From NCBI GenBank assembly GCA_049516875.1, contig JBEKSS010000001.1:416001-480000 (forward strand): 64,000 bases of DNA, read 5' to 3'. How positions within the stretch are numbered: position 1 is the first letter of the stretch; each line of letters starts with the position of its first letter. The notes beneath the pieces were generated by a model, which did no database searches, was not told the origin of the DNA, and was given only the letters and a program-made list of their open reading frames with translations. The position numbers were made by a program, and so were the translations under genes. This document shows positions 19,109-27,919 of this stretch, piece after piece. The stretch comes from Candidatus Bathyarchaeia archaeon (GTDB lineage Archaea > Thermoproteota > Bathyarchaeia > Bathyarchaeales > Bathycorpusculaceae).

Positions 19109-19675
19109 TCAACCAACTCCTACAGCATCCAAGTACAGAAGACCATTAAGAACTACGGCTGTCACGAAGACGGCGCTGACATTCAGCGGATACGTATATG
19201 GCGTGTTGGCCAATAGGTAATGTCGAACCCGAGTGGCACTGTTGAATTTGACCCAGCAGTTTTGGTTTGCCATCAACGATAACTGTGTTGCCGTGAACAA
19301 AGGTACTGTTGGGTCTGCCTGATGTGCATTGTATCCGATATCATACTCAGTTTCTATAAGCGTAAAAGGAACTTGCGCGTAGTCATCATAAATGAGCGAG
19401 GGAGATGTGGTAGGATTTGATTCCGCTTCCTCAACCGCCCCGCAGTTTCCGTCGACTACGGTCACGCTTTTATTTGCACGGATATCATTCAATGCATGAA
19501 CTCGATAAACACCGGGACTATTCTTTTCCACGTCGTATGGAAAATAGAAAATGAAGATTTCGCCCCAGTCACCTACCGCAATTGCTATCGCAGCTATGCC
19601 GATGCTCCCCACGGGGGGTTTTTGTTTGTAGCTCATTGCTTTTCCTCTCGTTCGCTCAAGTGCGCGCACGCGCAC
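19109..19675 (-). CDS. Beta-rich hypothetical protein, possible spike or vertex protein
   Basis: Abuts both neighbours; alternating beta pattern in the C-terminal ~80 aa. Confidence 0.6.
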   Translation of the reverse strand: MRVRALERTRGKAMSYKQKPPVGSIGIAAIAIAVGDWGEIFIFYFPYDVEKNSPGVYRVHALNDIRANKSVTVVDGNCGAVEEAESNPTTSPSLIYDDYAQVPFTLIETEYDIGYNAHQADPTVPLFTATQLSLMANQNCWVKFNSATRVRHYLLANTPYTYPLNVSAVFVTAVVLNGLLYLDAVGVG

Positions 19676-20188
19676 CTAAACGGTGAAATCAAACGGATAA
19701 GCTTTTAAGTCTCTTTCAGCCAAATCTGCTGCTGTTGGTTCTTTTTTGCTTCTTGCGCCCTGAAAATCAGGTTTTTGCACGACGTTTCTGATTTCGCCAT
19801 CCCAATGGTCTGAAGTAGTCTCGCCTCCTCTGAAACCGACGATCGCTTTTTGGTCCGTGGTGGCATTATAATTCAAAGCGCGGCCATGCGAAGTTAGCGA
19901 CGGTCTCGAGGGATCCGGAACCCATCGCTCCAAACTGGCGTCTCCATCGACTGATTTCAACTCATTTTGCAAAGGCTGAGGCTGCGTGGCGACTCCTTTT
20001 ACCTGAGGAACAGAATAACTTGCCCAGTCCAACGCAAAAGCCTCATTTGGATTGGCACCAAAAAGTGCAACTGGGCGTGGCTTTTGAGGTTCCAGCCTAG
20101 AAACTGACTGGCCTCTGCTCTGCACTCGGCTAATAGGAGCCTGGAGCCTGGCGCGGATCCGCGCTCGGACAATCTCTATCAATGACAT
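19676..20188 (-). CDS. Low-complexity protein ending in PFDFTV
   Basis: GGTGA RBS; Arg-rich N-terminus; Pro/Gln-rich. Confidence 0.65.
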   Translation of the reverse strand: MSLIEIVRARIRARLQAPISRVQSRGQSVSRLEPQKPRPVALFGANPNEAFALDWASYSVPQVKGVATQPQPLQNELKSVDGDASLERWVPDPSRPSLTSHGRALNYNATTDQKAIVGFRGGETTSDHWDGEIRNVVQKPDFQGARSKKEPTAADLAERDLKAYPFDFTV

Positions 20189-20198
20189 TCAAATCACC

Positions 20199-20426
20199 CT
20201 AAAAGGTGAAGTCCCATGGAAGGCGGGCGGTCTGCGGGGGTCTATACGTAAAGTCAAATTTTTCGGTGCCGCCAGGAATTCTAAATTCCATGTCGTAGGC
20301 TTCTTTTTGGCTTGCAGGCACGCGCTGGCTAAAATCGCAAATCTCGTGGTAGCCTGAAGGCATCCGCAGGTTTTTGACTGGGGGCTCGCTGGGAACGCTG
20401 ACCCACTTCCCGTTTACGTTCGCCAT
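20199..20426 (-). CDS. Small protein ending in PWDFTF; first gene of the module
   Basis: GGTGA upstream; shares the DFT motif with the next gene. Confidence 0.6.
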   Translation of the reverse strand: MANVNGKWVSVPSEPPVKNLRMPSGYHEICDFSQRVPASQKEAYDMEFRIPGGTEKFDFTYRPPQTARLPWDFTF

Positions 20427-20831
20427 GTGGCTCAAAATCTTTCACCTAATCATATTAGCGCGGTTTTGCTACTTAAACTTTGTTTTTTAGGCTCCGTCAA
20501 CGATTTGGACGGCGGGGCAAATCGAATTTTGTCAAAGAACCTTTTGAAACAGTCTGATTTAGGAATACGCCGTATTTGTTAATGGTTTTTGGCAAAAACT
20601 TAACTTGAACGTATTGTTAGTATCTTGTGAGGCGGAATGGGTGGGTAGACACAAAGTCCTCAATAAAGTCGGTGAGTTGCTGGTCAGTTTCATTGACGAG
20701 AACGGTATAAACCACGAATTAATCTCTATTTCGTATCAACAAACGTGCGCGCGCAGAAAAATCGATGCCTCTTTACTGTTTGTTCCCCCAGAGAACACAT
20801 GGAACTCGTGCGCGCGCCCGAAAATCCGAAA

Positions 20832-21174
20832 AATGGTTATGGGAAAACATGATACGCCCTTTGACAAGGTAATTGGTGAACTCGCCGCCTTCTACAATGA
20901 GAGGGGAAAGTGTATGATTGCTGTGAAGATGAAGCTTGGCGACGGTCGATTGGAAACATGGTTGAATCCGCAAATTCTGGAAAAACTGGGGGAGATAAAA
21001 GCAGCGAGGGACCGAGTCAGCGCGATCGCTAATAACGGCGGGACAGGGCTCAATTTCTTTTCGAAAACCCTGAGAATGCTGGAGGCGGACGCCATTGTCG
21101 ACTTTGGTGAAAGGCCAGAACGCTTGCAAATCGAGTTTGACAACTTTTCTAAGCCTTTTCCTTTGACCTGGTAG
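20832..21174 (+). CDS. Hypothetical protein (start uncertain; ORF open from 20605)
   Basis: Globular-looking C-terminal ~110 aa; convergent with the repressor gene. Confidence 0.5.
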
Positions 21175-21196
21175 TTCCTGAGCTTCTTTTCACTTT

Positions 21197-21688
21197 TCAG
21201 CCTTCTTCTGGCGATTCTGAAGGGTAGTTGAGGCTAAGCATTACCCGGGTTCTCGAGTCCTTCACAACTTCCTTGAGTTTCTTGGCGAAATCCGTTGTTA
21301 GAGCCTTGACCGCGCTCTCTTTCTGTTCTGTCAGTCCGTGCACGGCAACAGTTCCATTTGTTTCTGGCGCTACGTTCTTGAAAAGAAGTATGTCCAAATC
21401 AGCAAAGGAAAAAGAGGTTTTCAATTGTTGTTCCTGTTCCAGAGCCTTTTTATTCAAGACTCCTGGTGGTGTAAGAAAGTATCGCCGACGTTTGCCGACC
21501 AACATGAAGGTCGCCAGTCCCTGGTCCAGGATGGTTGGCAGGTAACAGGCCAAGGTCTTCTTGCTCATTTTTGCTTCTTTTGACAAGTCGTTGAAGCCTA
21601 ATGTTCTATCTTGTTCAGTCGCTTTTGCCAAGGCACCTAATACTCGCAGCGTTGTATCCTGTTGTCTCCATTTTCCCCATTTAGTCAT
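21197..21688 (-). CDS. Winged-helix repressor (ArsR/MarR-like)
   Basis: 'LGFNDLSKEAKMSKKTLACYL..LLDQGL' style HTH and 'RRRYFLTPPG' wing; divergent from the replication operon. Confidence 0.75.
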   Translation of the reverse strand: MTKWGKWRQQDTTLRVLGALAKATEQDRTLGFNDLSKEAKMSKKTLACYLPTILDQGLATFMLVGKRRRYFLTPPGVLNKKALEQEQQLKTSFSFADLDILLFKNVAPETNGTVAVHGLTEQKESAVKALTTDFAKKLKEVVKDSRTRVMLSLNYPSESPEEG

Positions 21689-21709
21689 TCTTATCTCCCT
21701 GCATGAATT

Positions 21710-21756
21710 GGTTTACTTATTTACAATTTAGTTCCTTATGTAAACCGTTTATATAA
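21710..21756. promoter_or_regulatory. Divergent promoter/operator: GGTTTAC..GTAAACC inverted repeat plus bidirectional TTTATATAA
   Basis: Arms at 21710-16 and 21740-46; TATA at 21748-56; lies between divergent regulators. Confidence 0.6.
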
Positions 21757-21791
21757 GCCTTTGCGTAAAGTCTTGACTAAGGTCGTGAAGT

Positions 21792-22022
21792 ATGTCCGAA
21801 AACGAACTTGACGATAAACATGTGATTCTGAAAAGATACAAGCTACGCGTCGCAGGCGCTCAGGGTGCTACAACGGAGATCAGCTTGCCTCCCGACGCAC
21901 TTGCCCGCGAGGCTCGAAGGCTTGGCATAGACGAGAGAGAAGCGGCCAAGAAGCTTATCGGAGTGTGGAAATTCAATTCGTTTCACGGTTTGCATTTAGA
22001 TTTTGAAGTGAAGCAAGGATGA
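21792..22022 (+). CDS. Small AbrB-like DNA-binding protein in a Cro-equivalent position
   Basis: 'YKLRVAG...TTEISLPP' swapped-hairpin-like pattern; first gene of the rightward operon. Confidence 0.55.
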   Translation: MSENELDDKHVILKRYKLRVAGAQGATTEISLPPDALAREARRLGIDEREAAKKLIGVWKFNSFHGLHLDFEVKQG

Positions 22023-22285
22023 TTAAAACAGAAAAAGAGTCCGAGAGCCCTGCAAGGCTCGCGGAGAAAAGCTACGACTTCAAAAGAACATTGTCTTTTC
22101 TAACTGATAGACTTTGCGGTGTCAAGGTTCTTCATGATATAGATTTTCTAAGTTGTGGCAATTGCGTGAGTTGGGCCGGTCGATGCTTGCGAGGAGCCCG
22201 ATACAAGATTGCAGCCGATAGCCCTTGCAGCGAGTTTATTCCAAAAAACCAAGCGACTTTCTCAGCTTTGAGGGTGTCCAGATGA
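22019..22285 (+). CDS. Small Cys-rich hypothetical protein
   Basis: 'CGNCVSW..RC...PC..F'; ATGA overlaps with both neighbours. Confidence 0.6.
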   Translation: MIKTEKESESPARLAEKSYDFKRTLSFLTDRLCGVKVLHDIDFLSCGNCVSWAGRCLRGARYKIAADSPCSEFIPKNQATFSALRVSR

Positions 22286-22764
22286 GCCAGATTTCTCTGG
22301 ACCAGGCTGCCGTCTACACCAAGCTGTGCGAACTTGACGCTTTGAAGAAACTTGTTGAAGAGCAACGCGCAACGATTGAGGCTTTGAAGGAACGGATCAT
22401 CAAACTGGAAGCCGATGCTGGCGTCACAGAAACAGGTCTGAGCGCAATTGCCGGTGCACTGGAGCTTCGCGGGATCCTCAAAAATGGCGAAGCGGTTGAA
22501 GCTTCCGAAAAAGAGCCCATGGTAGCCGTGAAAGAAGAAACCTTCACATGCTTGACGTTCGAGGACCAGCGGGGTTCGAAGCTCGGGGAGTTTTCAGTCG
22601 CATACAGAGAGAATAATGTCATCGATAAGTGGACGTCAGCCTACAACGTTCTGCAGCAGAGCAATGCTACAATAAAGAGCCGTTACCACGGACCAGGGTA
22701 CGTTCATTCTTACTGGTTGTATGCTGAAAATAGAATCTACCGCCAAAGATTGAAGGGGAGCTGA
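22282..22764 (+). CDS. Coiled-coil hypothetical protein
   Basis: Start MSQI overlaps the upstream stop (ATGA); heptad region 'LKKLVEEQRATIEALKERIIKLE'. Confidence 0.65.
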   Translation: MSQISLDQAAVYTKLCELDALKKLVEEQRATIEALKERIIKLEADAGVTETGLSAIAGALELRGILKNGEAVEASEKEPMVAVKEETFTCLTFEDQRGSKLGEFSVAYRENNVIDKWTSAYNVLQQSNATIKSRYHGPGYVHSYWLYAENRIYRQRLKGS

Positions 22765-22838
22765 CAAAAACGGGCAAACACATTGTCAAAGAATTCACGT
22801 TCGAAAGGCCTAACAAAGAGAATCGACAACTGGAAATC

Positions 22839-25625
22839 GTGAGGGTTGAGGTTGGCCTGGAGAAGGTCGCGCGCGGTTACGAGTTCTATGTTGGAGAGAA
22901 GCGCGTAAAGGTGGGCAGTGTCGAAGCAGATGATTTAGACGCGAAAGCTGTGGCTGAGCAGCTTGGGCTTCCTGTGCCTCCGGATCCTGTAGGCTCTCTT
23001 CATCAAGAAGGGAGCAGGACGATATCAAAAGCAGAGTCATTCGTGTATAAGTTGGCTCTGATATATCGGCTCAGTCCCGAGAAAAAGCTCACCATGCCGG
23101 ACATTACTTGTTCGAGTATTGACGGTCGGAAAGGCGTTTCGATAGATCCAGGCGTTTTTCTGTTGGTTGAGAAGGACAAGTCATGGCGCCTCCAGCTGAT
23201 TGACACTGAAGAGAAATTTGATAGTAGTGAGAATCGTTCGCTCACAGCGGGGTTTCATGTTGGCAGTCTGGACGAATTGAAGAAGGAGGCCGTGTTGAAA
23301 GAAGCGTTGAAACTCTGTTTCAAAACGCAGCTTGTTCCCCTTATCGTTGCCAGGATTGTTGAAGTGATTCAGGCTGAGCCTCAAGAAACGTGGACGGTAT
23401 GCGAAAAAGAGCAGCCAGAGGAAGAAGGGGGACAGGTGAATATTCCCGTTGAACTGCCTACGAGCGAGGCGGTGAGCGACGTTTTCGCCTACCAAGGTGA
23501 CAGAAAATTTAACAGTCGAATCCAGATTAAAAGTTTCGGTTTTCCTCAGAGCAGGTTTCTTGAGCTGGAGTTCTCCTGCAATCGAAGCCGCGAAGACCTG
23601 TGCGCTATATGCACGTTCGAAGGCTACAAGATGAGTCTGAAAGAAAACTTTGATGCTTCAGCCTTCGCCACGTATTTTGACAGCGACAGTCCAAAGGACG
23701 CGTGGAAGATTCTGAAGCAGAACGGGACGGTAGCGGGCTGCGATAAGATTTCAGTTAAAGGTGAAAATGAAACCGCCGTAACCCAAGCCATAGTTAGCGA
23801 TCGACGTGGAAACGAGGCTAAAGCATGGTTTGTCTACGACCATGAAAAATGTGACCTTCGCACATCCCCGAACTGGATATACAGTCAAGGATGGCTTTGC
23901 CGGGGACTGAAGGGACGAATAGGCGTACTGGTAACGGAGTTTCAAGCGGAAAGCGAGGTTATGATGCCTAAGGCAGAAACCGTTGAAGCCTCCAAAGAGT
24001 ATCTGCGTTCAATCAGGACTGAAGACGAAGCCACAGTCTGGAAGGTCGCCAGGGCTCTGCATAAGAAGTCCAACTTGAAAGGATTAGAGGCGACACGCGG
24101 GTTTGTCTCAGACTTGCTCTTCATAGGAGCTCCTGTCTGGACAAAGACTCCGGAAGGCCCTCAAATAATCGGCATGACAAGCCTGGAGTGTGGAGAATCA
24201 ACAACAGCGAAAAGCCAGCGAGAACGAGAAGTCGTTGATTGGCTGAAAGCAGGCAAATATGAGAGTGGAAGAAAAACATCTGCAGGCTTGGCTGCCGGCG
24301 CTGAAAAGATTGAGGGAATAGGCTGGGTTATGCGGAAAGGCCTCTTGCCCTCAGCCGACCTTTCATTCATAATTCTGGACAACATGTTCCCGCACGCGCT
24401 CGACGAACACATTGAAAGTAGACGTAACGGAATCATAGAGCTTTCAACGATCAAGTCATGTGAACTGTGGGGACGGACCAGGCTTAAACTGTTAAGCAAT
24501 CCTGCTATGCCCTTCGACCAGCACCTGCACAAGTGCGTAGCCCTCAAAGTCTACGATTCCAAATTCATAGCACGCTTCACTTTCGTAACCTTCACCTACG
24601 GAGAGAAACCTGACGTCAGATACGATCCGAAGATTGAAGAGTTGTCTGAGAAAGACCAAGCAGTCCTCAACGCAGCGTGGAACGTGCTGAGATGGAACCT
24701 CAGCCAAGAAGTGACTTACACGGTTCCAGTGAAACTATGGCCTAAAATAATGGAGTACAGCAAGCAGCTGGAGCTCACCTTCGGAAACGAGGAGATCCCA
24801 CTTTTCCTCAGGGCAAACCCGCACAAGGTAGCGACGTTAGCCTATTGTTTCGCACTCTTTGAGGGAACCGAACCCACCGAAAGGCACGTTGAGCAAGCCA
24901 ACCAATGGCTGACAGAATGCGGCGTCGACATGGAAATGGACGAATTCACCGAAGAATGGAAAAAAGAACACACACTTTCTGAGGAAGAGTACTCAGGTCT
25001 GAAGCTGGCGATTGAGGCTCAGACATCTTTCGATATGAAAGAGCACGGCGGGGAACTTAGAGACTCGGAGCTCTTCAAGTTTTTCGAATACATAGCGAGA
25101 CGTGGACAGGCTCAAATGGAAGAGATAGCTGCAGCAGCTAGTCTTTCTGATCAGACTGTGAAAAGACGGGCTAAAGAGATGAAGGGGTTGGGTCTGATAC
25201 AGAGTTCGATCAGGGGCTATTTTTTCACTCCAAAGGGCGTCCGCTTCTACAAACGATGGTTACGTGGCCTCAATGGCCCTAATGGCCTCACTTTTAAGGG
25301 TCACAAGCCTTTTGGCGGCGGAAAAGTGCCTGAGACCCCTAAAACCGAGGCCAATGAGGCCATTAAGGCCACGACTGATTTTCTATGGACAAAGGTGCCG
25401 GCAGCTGAGAAGTGCGAGCTATGCGGCCAGTTTGCTGTTGAGTTTGAAATCAACGATACCCGGCAACGGCAGACCGTGAGACGCTGTGAGCCCTGTTTCC
25501 ACAAGATTCGCAGTGAGTACAGAAACGCGGTCTGGAAGGAGACATTGGAACAAGAGCCTAAGAAGGATGATGGATTAGTCAGGGGCTCGGTTGCGGTTCT
25601 CAACGGCACATCTGGGAGGCCATGA
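22839..25625 (+). CDS. Divergent MCM-family helicase with C-terminal wHTH and Zn finger
   Basis: Walker A 'GESTTAKSQ', 'TSAGLAAG', 'GWVMRKGLLPSADLSFIILDN', arginine finger 'FIARF', C-terminal CELC..CEPC. Confidence 0.8.
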   Translation: MRVEVGLEKVARGYEFYVGEKRVKVGSVEADDLDAKAVAEQLGLPVPPDPVGSLHQEGSRTISKAESFVYKLALIYRLSPEKKLTMPDITCSSIDGRKGVSIDPGVFLLVEKDKSWRLQLIDTEEKFDSSENRSLTAGFHVGSLDELKKEAVLKEALKLCFKTQLVPLIVARIVEVIQAEPQETWTVCEKEQPEEEGGQVNIPVELPTSEAVSDVFAYQGDRKFNSRIQIKSFGFPQSRFLELEFSCNRSREDLCAICTFEGYKMSLKENFDASAFATYFDSDSPKDAWKILKQNGTVAGCDKISVKGENETAVTQAIVSDRRGNEAKAWFVYDHEKCDLRTSPNWIYSQGWLCRGLKGRIGVLVTEFQAESEVMMPKAETVEASKEYLRSIRTEDEATVWKVARALHKKSNLKGLEATRGFVSDLLFIGAPVWTKTPEGPQIIGMTSLECGESTTAKSQREREVVDWLKAGKYESGRKTSAGLAAGAEKIEGIGWVMRKGLLPSADLSFIILDNMFPHALDEHIESRRNGIIELSTIKSCELWGRTRLKLLSNPAMPFDQHLHKCVALKVYDSKFIARFTFVTFTYGEKPDVRYDPKIEELSEKDQAVLNAAWNVLRWNLSQEVTYTVPVKLWPKIMEYSKQLELTFGNEEIPLFLRANPHKVATLAYCFALFEGTEPTERHVEQANQWLTECGVDMEMDEFTEEWKKEHTLSEEEYSGLKLAIEAQTSFDMKEHGGELRDSELFKFFEYIARRGQAQMEEIAAAASLSDQTVKRRAKEMKGLGLIQSSIRGYFFTPKGVRFYKRWLRGLNGPNGLTFKGHKPFGGGKVPETPKTEANEAIKATTDFLWTKVPAAEKCELCGQFAVEFEINDTRQRQTVRRCEPCFHKIRSEYRNAVWKETLEQEPKKDDGLVRGSVAVLNGTSGRP
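25263..25373. repeat. Imperfect ~110-bp palindrome with three 9-bp iteron-like units per arm (candidate origin)
   Basis: Left arm GTGGCCTCAATGGCCCTAATGGCCTCACTTTTAAGGGTC matches the reverse complement of the right arm at about 41/51 positions; 8-nt loop. Confidence 0.75.
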
Positions 25626-25707
25626 CTGTGGAAACGCAAAGACCCCTCCCTAAACAACCTCAGACATTCTTCTCGTGTTTTGAGTCCATTCGAGGTGACA
25701 TACAAGA

Positions 25708-26004
25708 ATGAAGAAATCCAAACTAGAACATGAACCCTTGGAACAGGGGTATGGAAAAGGCGCAGAGGAGCGAAAAATCGTCCCCTCGTCTGTCTTACGA
25801 CGGAAGAAGCAGAAGGTCGAGAAACTATGGTTGATTCAATACTTCGAGGTGCGCAGACATTCCAGAACTTTGTATCTGCCGTTGGATCCGACAACTGTGC
25901 GAATTCACGATATCGAACGCGGCGACATTGTCAAAGCTGTTCTTCTGGCACTTCGCAAAGCGCCACGTCCAGACGAGCCCATAAAGGACCCAGGAGAGCT
26001 CTAA
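25708..26004 (+). CDS. AbrB/MazE-like DNA-binding protein
   Basis: 'VRRHSRTLYLPLDP..VRIHDIERGDIVK'; GAGGTGA RBS. Confidence 0.65.
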   Translation: MKKSKLEHEPLEQGYGKGAEERKIVPSSVLRRKKQKVEKLWLIQYFEVRRHSRTLYLPLDPTTVRIHDIERGDIVKAVLLALRKAPRPDEPIKDPGEL

Positions 26005-26006
26005 AC

Positions 26007-26162
26007 ATGAGTGAAAATGCCATAGTTCAGCCTCTCGGAACAAGTAAGAGACTGTCAGTTCCACTGAAGCGCGAGCGGGACTTTGACCCTGAAAAGCAGC
26101 GTGAGCTCAGAATTCGATGTGAGCAGTTAGCCAAAGAAATTCTTGCGAGGAAGAAGAAATGA
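26007..26162 (+). CDS. Small basic hypothetical protein
   Basis: 51-aa ORF filling the gap between coupled genes, ATGA overlap with the next gene. Confidence 0.5.
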   Translation: MSENAIVQPLGTSKRLSVPLKRERDFDPEKQRELRIRCEQLAKEILARKKK

Positions 26163-26599
26163 CGACTCAACAAGAGACTGGCCATCTTTCCGTCCTTGTT
26201 CAACTGGTCCATGATGACGAGACGCGCCTTGGCTACGCTACGAAAGAACATTTGCTCGACATTTGCCAATTTATAGTGGACTCACAGGGGAAGTTCGGAC
26301 GCATAGAGTATTCTGAGGCCATAAAGACACTCGCACATTATCACCTGGCAAAGCTCGCAAACAACCACAGCTTTCGCAGCACGTGCCGGCGTCTCATCGA
26401 GGCTGAACGTATGAAGCCTTACATTGGCCGCTGTAGGCGCTGTGGTAGGACCATCTCAAACCCGATTAGCCTAGCGACAGGTTACGGTTGTGTGTGCCGA
26501 AGAAAACTCGCGGTCCCGAAACCAGGAGCTGAGCAGGACAAGGTTGAAACCCTCACTTACAAGGAAGCCGCGAAAATTCACAAAAAGTTGAGGTGGTGA
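26159..26599 (+). CDS. DUF6011-like Zn-finger protein
   Basis: 'CRRCGRTISNPISLATGYGCVC'. Confidence 0.7.
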   Translation: MTTQQETGHLSVLVQLVHDDETRLGYATKEHLLDICQFIVDSQGKFGRIEYSEAIKTLAHYHLAKLANNHSFRSTCRRLIEAERMKPYIGRCRRCGRTISNPISLATGYGCVCRRKLAVPKPGAEQDKVETLTYKEAAKIHKKLRW

Positions 26600-26898
26600 A
26601 AATGACTAGACTATCATACTCTAGCATACAAGTGTTCTACAGACGCGCAAAAAGAAATTTCAAGGCGAAGTGCGGTCACAACATCAAAAAAGGCCAATGG
26701 TATCTAGTTGTAAACGATTATGCAATGTACCAATTGTATCACTGGAGCAAATGCTTAGACTGTGTGCTACAACAAAATCCACGCACCCTGGCACGATGCC
26801 TGAAAATAGAGAACGCTGGAACATGGCTTATGGTATCGGCACCTAAGCCGTTGGTGGTCCTGAAACTATTCTCGCTAGTTGGAGGTGAAAAGAAGTGA
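26593..26898 (+). CDS. Zn-finger hypothetical protein
   Basis: 'RAKRNFKAKCGHNIKKGQWY...CLDC'. Confidence 0.6.
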   Translation: MVKMTRLSYSSIQVFYRRAKRNFKAKCGHNIKKGQWYLVVNDYAMYQLYHWSKCLDCVLQQNPRTLARCLKIENAGTWLMVSAPKPLVVLKLFSLVGGEKK

Positions 26899-27362
26899 CT
26901 GAACCATTAGAAATTAAACCGTACAAAAGGCAGAAGATTCATCCGCCATCAGAAAGTACAGCAATATTCGTTAAAGATTTCTTGTTGAAGCATGGTAAGG
27001 GCTATTCATATGGAATGTGGAAAGCTTGGTCTGATCATCTTCACAGCCTCGGGTTCAAAGAACCGAAAATAGAATCGTTCAGAAAATACCTGTGGATTCT
27101 AACCAAACTGGGTTTAATTAGAAAAACCAAGGCGCCATCTTACAAGATACAAAGCCGATTCCTACGCGAATACTATGAGCTGAACCCAAAACAGATAGGC
27201 AATGAAAAAGCATGGGCAAACCCTAGTTTCACTCTTTACGGAGACAAAGCCCGGCTTGGACGTCGCCGATACCGAAAGCGGATCCTCGGTTTGCCTCCCA
27301 AAAAAGTTGGTCGACCGAAGACCAGGTGGGTACAGTCAAATGAGTCTTCAGAGCAATGTTGA
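26895..27362 (+). CDS. Basic wHTH-like protein with AT-hook-like tail
   Basis: 'ESFRKYLWILTKLGLI', 'KKVGRPK'; GGAGGTGA RBS. Confidence 0.6.
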   Translation: MTEPLEIKPYKRQKIHPPSESTAIFVKDFLLKHGKGYSYGMWKAWSDHLHSLGFKEPKIESFRKYLWILTKLGLIRKTKAPSYKIQSRFLREYYELNPKQIGNEKAWANPSFTLYGDKARLGRRRYRKRILGLPPKKVGRPKTRWVQSNESSEQC

Positions 27363-27579
27363 GAATCTTAACTTAGCTTCCTATAGGAGTTTGTTACTCT
27401 CTTGAGAGGGCTCTTAACCGTCTTGCCTACTGTAGGCTTTAACAGACTTGAGGATTGAAACACAAAGCCGTCAAGGTGTTACCACGTTCTACGCTCTTAA
27501 CTGGCATGGAAAAAAGATGTGTTACCCACAAGCAGACATGAAGTTAAGATAAAGCTTGACTGGCAGGTGTGAGCCATAC

Positions 27580-27828
27580 ATGAGACACAATGAATCCAAA
27601 AGAAAGGTGTTAGAGGCCATCTCAGACCTAAAAGAACCAGCCCCGCCAGGTATCGTCGCTGAATGGCTTTCCCTCGAATACAATGTCTCTTTAACTGACC
27701 GGGCTTGTTCCATGGAGTGTTTACGTTTAATGAGACAAGGACTATTGCGTCGTCACCAAGGGCTCTACACTATTTCAGAAAAAGGCGAGCAAAGGCTTCA
27801 GTGGCTTCGTACTAACTGTCAAAGTTAG
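27580..27828 (+). CDS. Small winged-helix protein
   Basis: 'LRLMRQGLL...LYTISEKGEQRL'. Confidence 0.65.
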   Translation: MRHNESKRKVLEAISDLKEPAPPGIVAEWLSLEYNVSLTDRACSMECLRLMRQGLLRRHQGLYTISEKGEQRLQWLRTNCQS

Positions 27829-27919
27829 CACTACATCTACTGGCTCTTATTCAACGGCATACTCAACCCCACTAGAACAGACTAGGCGCTGCCAGACCAG
27901 AAATTTTATGAAAAACCGA

